Below, piece after piece: positions 18,042-26,866 of a stretch of 48,587 nt of DNA; within the stretch, counting starts at the first letter, position 1, and every line of letters begins with the position of its first letter. Under the pieces are notes generated by a model. It saw only the letters and a list, made by a program, of their open reading frames with translations. It made no database searches and was not told the origin of the DNA. This DNA comes from Candidatus Guanabacterium sedimentis (GTDB lineage: Bacteria; Acidobacteriota; B3-B38; Guanabaribacteriales; B3-B38), in contig CABWKN010000065.1 in the NCBI GenBank assembly GCA_902505605.1, forward strand, positions 1 to 48,587, given 5' to 3'. Made by a program: the position numbers and the translations under genes.

Positions 18042-19109
18042 ATGAACCATAAGAAGCTATTCATTCCCGGTCCGACAGAGGTCCGTCCTGAAATTCTCCA
18101 AGCCATGGCTACCCCCCAGATAGGTCATCGCTCCAAAGAATTCCAGAACCTCTATGCCACCCTCTACCCCAAGGTTCAGGATTTTCTCTATACCAAAGGG
18201 CAAGTTTTTTTCTTCACCTCCTCTTCCACCGGAGCTATGGAAGCGGCGGTGCGCAACACAGTAGCCAAGCGATGTCTGAGCTGCATGTGCGGCGCATTCT
18301 CCGACCGCTGGCATACCATGGCCACCAGCAATGGTATAGAAGCTGACCCCCTTCAGGTAGAGTGGGGTAAAGCGATCAAACCTGAGATGATCGACGAAAA
18401 GCTAAAAACAGGGAAATACGATGCCATCACCTTCGTCTTTAATGAGACCTCCACCGGGGTTATGAATCCCCTTTACGAGGTGGCTGAGGTGATGAAGAAG
18501 TATCCCGATGTGATGTTCTTAGTGGATGCGGTGAGTGCCATGGCTGGGGTAAAGATTGAGGTTGATAAGCTGGGCATAGATGTGTGCCTGGCTGGGGTGC
18601 AGAAAGCATTTGCCATGCCAGCGGGATTAACCATCTGCACCGCCAGCGAGAAGGCTTTGAAGAAAGCCGAAACGGTAAAGAACCGCGGCTATTACTTTGA
18701 TTTTCTTACTATGCTAAAATATCATGGGAGAAACCAGACCACTACCACCCCCACTATACCCCACCTGTTTGCCCTTAATGCCCAGATGGATGCTATAGCC
18801 GAGGAGGGTTACGAGAAGCGCTTCGAGCGTCACAAAAAGATGGCCAAAATTGTGCAGGATTGGGCTAAGGAATATTTCGGCCTCTTCGCTGAGCCTGGCT
18901 ACGAATCCTTCACCCTGACCTGCGTCAAGAACACCCGCGGAATCAGTGTAGCTGACCTTAACCAAGAGCTCGGCAAGCACTGGATAACCATCTCCAACGG
19001 CTATGGAAAACTCAAGGAGCAGACATTCCGCATAGCCCACATGGGCGATGTTCAGGTCTCTGATATAATGGGTCTCCTTGAACTCATCAACTCCATTTTG
19101 GGACTATAG
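18042..19109 (+). CDS. Class-V aminotransferase (serine-pyruvate/alanine-glyoxylate or phosphoserine aminotransferase type)
   Basis: 355 aa. LFIPGPTEV...IGHRSKEF is a typical class-V N-terminus. The gene is adjacent to serA. Confidence 0.8.
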   Translation: MNHKKLFIPGPTEVRPEILQAMATPQIGHRSKEFQNLYATLYPKVQDFLYTKGQVFFFTSSSTGAMEAAVRNTVAKRCLSCMCGAFSDRWHTMATSNGIEADPLQVEWGKAIKPEMIDEKLKTGKYDAITFVFNETSTGVMNPLYEVAEVMKKYPDVMFLVDAVSAMAGVKIEVDKLGIDVCLAGVQKAFAMPAGLTICTASEKALKKAETVKNRGYYFDFLTMLKYHGRNQTTTTPTIPHLFALNAQMDAIAEEGYEKRFERHKKMAKIVQDWAKEYFGLFAEPGYESFTLTCVKNTRGISVADLNQELGKHWITISNGYGKLKEQTFRIAHMGDVQVSDIMGLLELINSILGL

Positions 19110-19126
19110 AATTAAAGGAGGCTTAA

Positions 19127-20032
19127 ATGAAGGTTTTAGTGAGCGATAAAATTGCCGATGAGGCAGTAAAATTAATAGAGGACGCCGGTCTGGAAGTAAT
19201 GGTTAAGACCGGAATGTCCCCCGAAGAGCTGGAGAAGACTATCCCCGAATTTGATGCCATCATCGTTCGCAGCGCCACCAAGGTGCGCAAACCGATCATC
19301 GATGCCGGCAAGAAGCTGAAGGTAATCGCCCGGGCAGGGATCGGGCTGGACAACATCGATGCTGATTACGCCCGCTCCAAAGGCATAACCATCCTGAGAA
19401 CCCCAGGTGCCACCTCTATATCGGTGGCGGAGTTAGCCCTGGCGCATATGTTTGCACTCTGCCGCTTCATTCCCCAGGCAAACATCACCATGAGAAAGGG
19501 TGAATGGCTGAAGAAGGAGTATATGGGGACAGAGCTCTATGGCAAAACCCTGGGGTTGGTGGGAGTCGGCAATATTGCCAAGGAGGTAGCTGAACGGGCG
19601 AAGGCGCTGGGAATGAAGGTCGTCGCTTGCCGCCGGTCCGATAAGCCTCTTGACTGGAAAGATGTAAAGCTGGAATGCCTGGATGATGTCCTGAGAGAAG
19701 CCGACATCATCAGCCTTCATATACCCCTGATTGAGGAAGAGGCTCCGGTCATCGGGGCCAAAGAGTTCGCCAAAATGAAGGACGGTGTCATCCTCATACA
19801 TTGTGCCCGAGGCGGAGTAGTGGATGAAAAAGCCCTGCTCGATGCCCTCAACTCCGGCAAGGTAGCAGCGGCGGGCATCGATGTCTATGAGGAAGAGCCG
19901 ACGAAAAATCTGGAGCTAATTGGTCATCCCCGAGTATCCGTAACTCCTCATGTTGGAGCTTCAACAGCTGAAGGGCAGGTTCGAGCGGGAATGGAGATAG
20001 CCCAAAAAGTCTTAACAGCCCTCAAGGGTTAG
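19127..20032 (+). CDS. serA: D-3-phosphoglycerate dehydrogenase, short form without ACT domain (D-2-hydroxyacid dehydrogenase family)
   Basis: 301 aa with the NAD fold GLVGVGNIAKEVA and a conserved ...HIPL...ARGGVVDE...TPHVGAST core. Confidence 0.8.
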   Translation: MKVLVSDKIADEAVKLIEDAGLEVMVKTGMSPEELEKTIPEFDAIIVRSATKVRKPIIDAGKKLKVIARAGIGLDNIDADYARSKGITILRTPGATSISVAELALAHMFALCRFIPQANITMRKGEWLKKEYMGTELYGKTLGLVGVGNIAKEVAERAKALGMKVVACRRSDKPLDWKDVKLECLDDVLREADIISLHIPLIEEEAPVIGAKEFAKMKDGVILIHCARGGVVDEKALLDALNSGKVAAAGIDVYEEEPTKNLELIGHPRVSVTPHVGASTAEGQVRAGMEIAQKVLTALKG

Positions 20033-20072
20033 AAGAAAAGATATTTAAAAAATAGGAGTGAGTAGTCAATCG

Positions 20073-20106
20073 CCCTTTCTTAAAATGAAAGGGTGTAAAA
20101 CTTTTT
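20073..20106 (+). terminator. Weak terminator-like hairpin after serA
   Basis: CCCTTTC (20073-20079) pairs with GAAAGGG (20087-20093). The T5 run (20102-20106) starts only 8 nt after the stem, so this is marginal. Confidence 0.3.
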
Positions 20107-20124
20107 CCAAGAAAAGGGTAGAAA

Positions 20125-21477
20125 ATGGCGCAGGTATTCCCCTTTAGAGCGTATACATATAATCTGGAGAAGGTGGAACTGGATAAGGTAGTTACTCAAC
20201 CCTATGATAAAATCGACCCCCAGCTCCAGGAAGTATACTATAAGCGGAGCCCTTATAATTTTGTCCGCATCATCAAGGGTAAAGATCAGGCTGGAGATGA
20301 CGAATCATCAAACAAATACACCCGGGCTCACGATTACATCCAGAGATGGATAGACGAAGGAATACTGAAAAGAGACAAAGAGCCGTCCATCTATCCTTAT
20401 AATCAAGAGTATAAGGTTGAAGGGCAGTTAAAGGTCAGGCGGGGGTTGATAGTCTTAACACATCTTGAGCCTTATGGAACAGGGGTAAAAGCTCACGAAA
20501 GGACCCTTACCGCCCCCAAAGCAGACCGGCTGAACCTGATGAGAGCTACCGGGGCGAACTTCGGTCATATTTTCATGCTCTATTCAGACCCTCAGAGGAG
20601 AGTGAGCCAGCTGCTGCAACCTTTAGTGGAAAAGGAGTACCCTATCTTGCAGGCTAAGGACGACTTTGGTGCCACACACAAGGTGTGGAGAGTAAGCGAG
20701 CCCGAAACCATCCGTCAGGTTCAGCAAGCGCTGGCAGACAAGGTGCTCTTCATCGCCGATGGACATCATCGCTATGAGACAGCGGTTAACTATGCCGAGG
20801 AGATGCGCAAAAAAGGATTAAAGCCGATAGGAAACGAGAGCTACGAGAATCGAATGATGACACTGGTAAATATTGAGGAGCCGGGCCTGGCCATCCTCCC
20901 CACCCACCGCCTGATTCACAGCCTCCAGGGTTTCAACATTAACTCTTACATTGAGCAGACCAAACGCTACTTTCGGGTGGAGGAATTCCCCTATCAGCCT
21001 CAGGGCGAGGAGAAAGCTCAGGAGAGAATGTTTCAGGAAATGGAGAAAAGAGGGGACAAGGAGCATCTTTTCGGCATCTTTGCCCGGGAGGCGAACAGAT
21101 TCTATCTTCTAAGCCTGAAAGATGAATCCATTATGGACGAGCTGGTCAAAGAAGAGCGCCTGGCAGCCTGGAAGCATCTCGATGTCTCTATTCTTCACAC
21201 TATTCTCATGGATAAACTGTTAAGAATCGATGCCAGGTCGCTGGAGCTGCAAACCAATGTTACCTATGAAAGATACAAAGACTCCGCCATAGAAAAGGTC
21301 AAGAAGGATAACAAATACCAGCTCGTCTTCTTCCTCAACCCGACTAAAGTCCATAATGTGAAGGAGGTGGCGGAGCTCGGAGAACGGATGCCCCAGAAAT
21401 CGACCGATTTCTTCCCTAAGCTCCTTTCGGGATTAACCGTAAATAAGATGAACCTTTCGGAGGCTGAAAGTTCCTGA
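20125..21477 (+). CDS. DUF1015 family protein (function unknown)
   Basis: 450 aa. The FPFRAYTYN... N-terminus and IADGHHRYETA motif are typical of DUF1015. Confidence 0.8.
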   Translation: MAQVFPFRAYTYNLEKVELDKVVTQPYDKIDPQLQEVYYKRSPYNFVRIIKGKDQAGDDESSNKYTRAHDYIQRWIDEGILKRDKEPSIYPYNQEYKVEGQLKVRRGLIVLTHLEPYGTGVKAHERTLTAPKADRLNLMRATGANFGHIFMLYSDPQRRVSQLLQPLVEKEYPILQAKDDFGATHKVWRVSEPETIRQVQQALADKVLFIADGHHRYETAVNYAEEMRKKGLKPIGNESYENRMMTLVNIEEPGLAILPTHRLIHSLQGFNINSYIEQTKRYFRVEEFPYQPQGEEKAQERMFQEMEKRGDKEHLFGIFAREANRFYLLSLKDESIMDELVKEERLAAWKHLDVSILHTILMDKLLRIDARSLELQTNVTYERYKDSAIEKVKKDNKYQLVFFLNPTKVHNVKEVAELGERMPQKSTDFFPKLLSGLTVNKMNLSEAESS

Positions 21478-21560
21478 GGGTTTAATGATACAAGCCTAAT
21501 ATAAGGCTGCCGGCAGAAGGAAGGGGGGATTATTAAAATATCCTCTCATACTTTGATGCA

Positions 21561-22181
21561 ATGGAAAATAAGAAGAGGATTGGGGTGAGGGTTATCATCG
21601 GGTTAAATAAGCTCCTTTTCCGGCTGATAATCGGATTGATGGGGCTTTTCCGAATACCAAAGCCAAAGCTTCAATCCCTCTTCATTAGAGCCAATAACAG
21701 GTTGGTAAGCCGTTACAGAGTCAAGGTATCTACGAAGGAGCTTTTATTGCTGCTTCCCCATTGCCTGCAGTACAAAGATTGCCAACAGAAAATCTCCGAC
21801 GACCTTGACCTCTGCGAAGGCTGTGGTCGATGCGACATCTGTCAGCTGGCGCAAATAAGAAAGAAATACCAGATACCAGCCTTTGTAGTGGATGGGGGGC
21901 AATTAGCACTGGCAGTGGTAAATAGGGGGAACTACCGAGCCATTGTAGCTGTTGCCTGCGAAGAGGAGCTGGAAAAAGGGATACTTGAATCAGCACTGCC
22001 GGTGTTGGGGATTGTAAACCGTCGCCCCGAGGGACCTTGCCGTAACACCAAAGTAGAGGCAGGATTAGTGGAGAGAGCTATTAACCATTTCCTCGAAGGC
22101 AAGCAATCCCTGCAAGAAAGCGTAGATACTATTTCTATGCCTCGTAACAACAATTACAGATTAACTTTGCCAAAGGAGTAA
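21561..22181 (+). CDS. DUF116 family Cys-rich protein
   Basis: 206 aa with an N-terminal hydrophobic segment and the Cys cluster LPHCLQYKDC...CEGCGRCDIC...VAVACEEEL typical of DUF116. Confidence 0.7.
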   Translation: MENKKRIGVRVIIGLNKLLFRLIIGLMGLFRIPKPKLQSLFIRANNRLVSRYRVKVSTKELLLLLPHCLQYKDCQQKISDDLDLCEGCGRCDICQLAQIRKKYQIPAFVVDGGQLALAVVNRGNYRAIVAVACEEELEKGILESALPVLGIVNRRPEGPCRNTKVEAGLVERAINHFLEGKQSLQESVDTISMPRNNNYRLTLPKE

Positions 22182-22184
22182 AAT

Positions 22185-22403
22185 TTGAAAGAGAGAGTAG
22201 AAAAAGCGATTGAACAAATCAGGCAATACCTGCAAGCCGACGGCGGTGATATTGAGTTGGTTGAGGTGCAGGACGGGATAGTCAAGGTCAAGTTATTGGG
22301 GGCTTGTAAGGGATGCCCTATGGCCCAAATAACACTCCAGCAAGGGGTGGAGAAGGTTATTAAAAAAGAAGTGCCCGAAGTAAAGAGCGTAGTTGCGGTA
22401 TAG
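22185..22403 (+). CDS. NifU-like (NifU C-terminal/Nfu-type) Fe-S scaffold domain protein
   Basis: 72 aa with a TTG start 4 nt after the DUF116 stop. Carries the DGGDIELVEV...GACKGCPMA CxxC motif. Confidence 0.8.
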   Translation: MKERVEKAIEQIRQYLQADGGDIELVEVQDGIVKVKLLGACKGCPMAQITLQQGVEKVIKKEVPEVKSVVAV

Positions 22404-22511
22404 CCTTCTGTTTAAAACCCAGAAACCAAGAGCTTCTCTGCGAAAACTGAAAAAAAAACGCATCGACGGTCTCAGCATGGAATCGATAATTCTATAGGAG
22501 TTCGAGAAGGG

Positions 22512-23063
22512 ATGATCGAGGTTAGAATTCATGGCAGAGGTGGTCAGGGTGCAGTAGTAGCTTCTAAGATATTAGCGGTCTCCATATTCAAAGAGGGGAA
22601 GTATGTGCAATCGTTCCCCAATTTTGGGGTGGAAAGGAGAGGAGCCCCCGTCACTGCCTACACCCGGATAGACGATAAAGCTATTCTCCTGCGCTGTAAA
22701 ATATATAACCCTGACCATGTGGTTATATTGGACCCTTCCCTTATTGAAGCCATAAACATAACCGAAGGGCTAAAAGAGAAGGGATGGGTGATAATTAACA
22801 GTGATAAGGAACCAAGCCATTTCAATTCACTGATAAAGAAATATCGTGTAGCCACGGTAGATGCCAGCGGCATCGCTTTGAAAAATAGCTTAGGCTCCAA
22901 AGCGAACCCCATAGTCAATACCGCCATTTTGGGTGCTTTCTGCAAGACAACGGGGTTATTCCGTCTCACTTCCCTTATGGAAGCGGTTCGAGAAGAGGTC
23001 CCCTCTGCGCAAGAGCGCAATGTTCAAGCAGTGGAAGATGCATATCACCAAGTAAAATATTAG
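22512..23063 (+). CDS. 2-oxoacid:ferredoxin oxidoreductase gamma subunit (Por/Vor type)
   Basis: 183 aa. IRIHGRGGQGAVVASKILA is the characteristic gamma-subunit N-terminus. Confidence 0.88.
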   Translation: MIEVRIHGRGGQGAVVASKILAVSIFKEGKYVQSFPNFGVERRGAPVTAYTRIDDKAILLRCKIYNPDHVVILDPSLIEAINITEGLKEKGWVIINSDKEPSHFNSLIKKYRVATVDASGIALKNSLGSKANPIVNTAILGAFCKTTGLFRLTSLMEAVREEVPSAQERNVQAVEDAYHQVKY

Positions 23064-23309
23064 AGATGCCTCACCCCAAGAGCTAATCTTCCAAAGTGGG
23101 GTCTCTTTCGCCTTTCGGAACCCAGGCATAAAGGGAAAAGAGAACCCCCCTTCGCTCCAAAGGATGGCTTTTGACATCGTCTCTGAGAAGGTTATGTTTC
23201 GCCTCTGGCTTCGTTGTTCCTACACGGATGAGCTAAAAGAGAGAAATGGGAAGCAGAGCCTCACTGTTAAAAAAGGGGATAACCGTTATTATCAGATAAG
23301 AGGTAAGCT

Positions 23310-24722
23310 ATGAAGGAAAAAGACGAAGATGAGATAAAGGTGGTCGTCTACCATTCGGAAAAGGAGATGCCGCCAGTTCCTATGTCGGTAGCCAACACTC
23401 TTTACAACAAAACCGGAACCTGGAAATATGTCCAGCCAATCTATCAGAACAGAACCCCACCCTGCAATGCCGGCTGCCCGGCAGGAGAAGACATTGAGGG
23501 ATGGCTCTCTCTGGTGGGCAAAGGGGAATTTCTTGAAGCACTTCAACTTCTCCTCAGCGAAAATCCCTTTCCGGCTATCTGCGGACGCATTTGCTACCAC
23601 CCTTGTGAGAAAGCCTGCAATCGCGGCAAGTTTGACCAACCCCTGAGCATCAACTCGGTGGAGAGGTTTTTGGGAGACTATGGAATAAAGCAAGGGGTAC
23701 CAACCTCTATCTCCGCAGAGCGCAAAAAGGAGAGAGTAGCCATCATCGGCAGTGGACCCGCTGGGCTCACCTCTGCCTATCACCTGGCAAATATGGGCTA
23801 TTATATAACCCTTTTTGAAGCCTCAGACCGACTGGGAGGCTCTTTAATAAAAAAATACTCCCGCGAGCGTCTTCCTGCAGAGGTGGTAGAAGCTGAGACA
23901 GAAAGGATAATCAAAAATGGGATAGAGGTAAGAGTCGGGACTAAAGTGGGGTATGATATATCACTGGAAAACTTACGGCGAGAATACCAAGCTATATTGC
24001 TAGCTACCGGCGACCAGAAAAGCACCATCCTCAAAGCTGACAAGGGAAAGGCTCTCCTTTCAGGATTGGAGTTTCTGGAAGATACCGGGGTGAAATGGGG
24101 AGTGAAGCTGGAGGGGGGTATAACCATTGTTGGTGAGCGGCATATTGCCGAAAAGGAGATTAAGTCCACCCCTCGCATAATGACTGACCCTATGGGTGCT
24201 ACCCATGAAAAGGGAGTGTTCGCCTGTGGTGACATCACCTTTATTCCCAGAGCCATAAACCATGAAGTTGGCTCTGGAAAGCGGGCGGCAATGGCTATTG
24301 ACTCTTATCTCAGAGGAGAGGATGTAGAAAAGAAGCTTGAGCTGGTAAAGGTGGGCCAAGGAGAAACAGTCTCTATGAGGAGCTATATCACTGGCGTGGT
24401 CAAGTGGGTCAACAAAACAGTGAGCTTTGATGACCTTAACCTCGACTACTTTGAGGAAAAGCCCCGTTTCCTCGCACCCGAGATGTTCGCTAAGGGAGCC
24501 ATAATAAAAGATGAAATAACCATACAGGAGGCAGAAAGGTGCTTCCATTGTGGGGTGTGCACTCAGTGCGATAACTGCTACATCTACTGCCCTGACCTGG
24601 CTATCCATCGCCGGAAAGACAGCAAAGGATACTGGATAAACTACGACTACTGTAAAGGATGCCTCATCTGTGTCCATGAATGTCCCCGCAATGCTATGTC
24701 TTATGAGGGGGTAGTAAAATGA
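23310..24722 (+). CDS. Fusion of a GltD-like Fe-S/FAD oxidoreductase (NAD(P)H domain missing or degenerate) with an OFOR delta subunit (2x[4Fe-4S])
   Basis: 470 aa. PPCNAGCPAGEDI...ICGRICYHPCEKACNR is a GltD/NfnB-type N-terminal Fe-S domain. VAIIGSGPAGLTSAYHLA and GVFACGD...GSGKRAAMAIDSYL are FAD motifs. The C-terminal CFHCGVCTQCDNCYIYCP...CKGCLICVHECP is PorD-like. A 4-nt ATGA overlap joins it to the alpha-subunit gene. Confidence 0.8.
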   Translation: MKEKDEDEIKVVVYHSEKEMPPVPMSVANTLYNKTGTWKYVQPIYQNRTPPCNAGCPAGEDIEGWLSLVGKGEFLEALQLLLSENPFPAICGRICYHPCEKACNRGKFDQPLSINSVERFLGDYGIKQGVPTSISAERKKERVAIIGSGPAGLTSAYHLANMGYYITLFEASDRLGGSLIKKYSRERLPAEVVEAETERIIKNGIEVRVGTKVGYDISLENLRREYQAILLATGDQKSTILKADKGKALLSGLEFLEDTGVKWGVKLEGGITIVGERHIAEKEIKSTPRIMTDPMGATHEKGVFACGDITFIPRAINHEVGSGKRAAMAIDSYLRGEDVEKKLELVKVGQGETVSMRSYITGVVKWVNKTVSFDDLNLDYFEEKPRFLAPEMFAKGAIIKDEITIQEAERCFHCGVCTQCDNCYIYCPDLAIHRRKDSKGYWINYDYCKGCLICVHECPRNAMSYEGVVK

Positions 24723-25882
24723 AGAAAATACTGATGGGAAATCACGCCGTATCCTATGGAGCGTTATTGTCCCGGGTAGAGGTAATCGCAGCTTATCCTA
24801 TAACCCCTCAGACGCAGGTGGTGGAAGAGCTTTCAGAGATGTGCGCCCAAGGGAAGCTCAAGGCAAGATATATCAATGTCGAATCGGAGCATTCGGCAAT
24901 GGCAGCATGCATCGCTGCAGAACAGGCTGGAGCCCGCACTTTCACCGCTACCTCTGCCCACGGGTTGACCCTAATGCACGAACTTCTTCACTGGGCGGCG
25001 GGGGGCAGACTCCCTATTGTCATGGCTAATATCAATCGCTCTATGGCACCCGGTTGGTCTATATGGACCGACCAGAACGACAGCCTCTCCCAGCGAGATA
25101 CAGGGTGGCTGCAAATCTATTGCGAAAGTAATCAGGAGGTGCTCGATTCCATAATTCAAGCTTACAAGATTGCCGAACAGATTCTTCTGCCGGTGATGGT
25201 GATACTGGATGCCTTCGTTCTCTCCCACACCTTCGAACCAGTAGACATCCCGAAGCAGGAGCTGGTGGATCAGTTCCTTCCTGAGCTTGACTATCCTTAT
25301 AAACTTGATGTCAAAAACCCCTGCTCATTCGGCTCCCTCCTTCCCCCTGAGTATTACCTTGAGTTGAGGTACAAAGTGCAAAAGGCTATGGAGGAAGCGC
25401 ATGATGTTATTATAAAAGTAGACAAAGAGTTCCAGCAGGTGTTCGGACGGTCTTACGGAGGGCTGGTAGAGGAGTACCGAACCGAGGATGCCGAGCTGGT
25501 GCTGGTCGCCTCGTCCACCGTAGCCAGCACCTCAAGAATGGTGGTCGACCAGCTCCGAGACGAAGGGGTGAAAGTTGGAATGATAAAAATGAGATTCTTC
25601 CGCCCCTTCCCTACAAAGGAAGTGACCAACATCCTCAAGCAAGCGAAGAAGGTTGCCGTTATCGACCGCAATATCTCCTACGGGCAGGGGGGCATCTTCT
25701 GCGAAGAGATAAGGTCCGTCTTATATAATATAGACCGGCAGGAGAAACCTCCTGTCTTTGGGTATATTGCTGGACTGGGCGGGAGAGACATCACCCCGAC
25801 CACTATAAGAGAGATATTATCTCACACCCTTAAAGAAGATAAGCCAAAGGAGAATATAATATGGATAGGGGTCAAGCACTAA
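24719..25882 (+). CDS. 2-oxoacid:ferredoxin oxidoreductase alpha subunit
   Basis: 387 aa. GNHAVSYGALLSRVEVIAAYPITPQT...ESEHSAMAACIAA is a typical alpha N-domain. Confidence 0.9.
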   Translation: MKKILMGNHAVSYGALLSRVEVIAAYPITPQTQVVEELSEMCAQGKLKARYINVESEHSAMAACIAAEQAGARTFTATSAHGLTLMHELLHWAAGGRLPIVMANINRSMAPGWSIWTDQNDSLSQRDTGWLQIYCESNQEVLDSIIQAYKIAEQILLPVMVILDAFVLSHTFEPVDIPKQELVDQFLPELDYPYKLDVKNPCSFGSLLPPEYYLELRYKVQKAMEEAHDVIIKVDKEFQQVFGRSYGGLVEEYRTEDAELVLVASSTVASTSRMVVDQLRDEGVKVGMIKMRFFRPFPTKEVTNILKQAKKVAVIDRNISYGQGGIFCEEIRSVLYNIDRQEKPPVFGYIAGLGGRDITPTTIREILSHTLKEDKPKENIIWIGVKH

Positions 25883-26769
25883 AGACGACCATCCCGGAAC
25901 AAGACTATATGACCTCGGGGCACATAGCCTGCTCTGGCTGTGCGGCACCCATTGCTATGAGATATTGCTTGAAAGCATTGGGGGAGAAGACCATCTTAGT
26001 AGTTCCTGCCTGCTGCTGGACTATCATTGCCGGTCCGTTTCCTTATTCCTCCTTGAAAGTTCCTCTATTGCATACTGCTTTTGAAACCACCGCTGCTGCT
26101 GCTTCTGGGGTGCGGGCAGCCATCGATATTAAAGGGGATACCGAGACCACTGTGGTAGGCTGGGCGGGAGACGGGGGGACCTTTGACATCGGAATACAAG
26201 CTCTCTCTGGCGCAGTGGAGAGGAACGAAGACATACTATACATCTGCTATGACAACGAAGCTTATATGAATACCGGGATTCAGCGCAGCTCCGCCACCCC
26301 CTGGGGAGCATGGACAACCACTACTCCTGCAAAGCATCCCGAAGATAAACCTAAAAAGGATATCATAGAAATCCTGGTAGCCCACCAGATCCCTTATGCG
26401 GCTACCGCCACGGTAGCCTATCCCCACGAATTGATGGCGAAAGTTAAAAAGGCAAAAGGGATCAAAGGCTCCCGATTCATACACATCCTCTCTCCCTGCC
26501 CACCCGGCTGGAGGATGTCCGATGAACTGACCATAAAAGCCTCTCGACTGGCAGTACAGACGGGGATCTTCCCCTTATACGAGGTAGAGAAGGGTCGAAA
26601 ATACACCATTACGGTGCCGCGAAAGGAAGGGGTACCTGTCACGGAATACCTTAAGCTCCAGAGAAGGTTCGCTCATCTGAAGCCCGAGGATTACGATATC
26701 ATTCAGAAGAATGTCGACCGGGCATATGATAGATTGCTCCGAAAAACCAAACAATCGGAAACCCTTTAG
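25861..26769 (+). CDS. 2-oxoacid:ferredoxin oxidoreductase beta subunit (TPP-binding)
   Basis: 302 aa with GHIACSGCAAP and the GWAGDGGTFDIG TPP motif. The start overlaps the alpha gene by 22 nt; an alternative ATG lies at 25906. Confidence 0.9.
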   Translation: MDRGQALKTTIPEQDYMTSGHIACSGCAAPIAMRYCLKALGEKTILVVPACCWTIIAGPFPYSSLKVPLLHTAFETTAAAASGVRAAIDIKGDTETTVVGWAGDGGTFDIGIQALSGAVERNEDILYICYDNEAYMNTGIQRSSATPWGAWTTTTPAKHPEDKPKKDIIEILVAHQIPYAATATVAYPHELMAKVKKAKGIKGSRFIHILSPCPPGWRMSDELTIKASRLAVQTGIFPLYEVEKGRKYTITVPRKEGVPVTEYLKLQRRFAHLKPEDYDIIQKNVDRAYDRLLRKTKQSETL

Positions 26770-26866
26770 TCTAAGAGCTGATAACTGGCGGAAAGATACC
26801 GCTGACCAGGATTGCACCATAATGGCTAAAGAGACTGAAATAAGGGAACGTTCTATTTGTGAGGAT

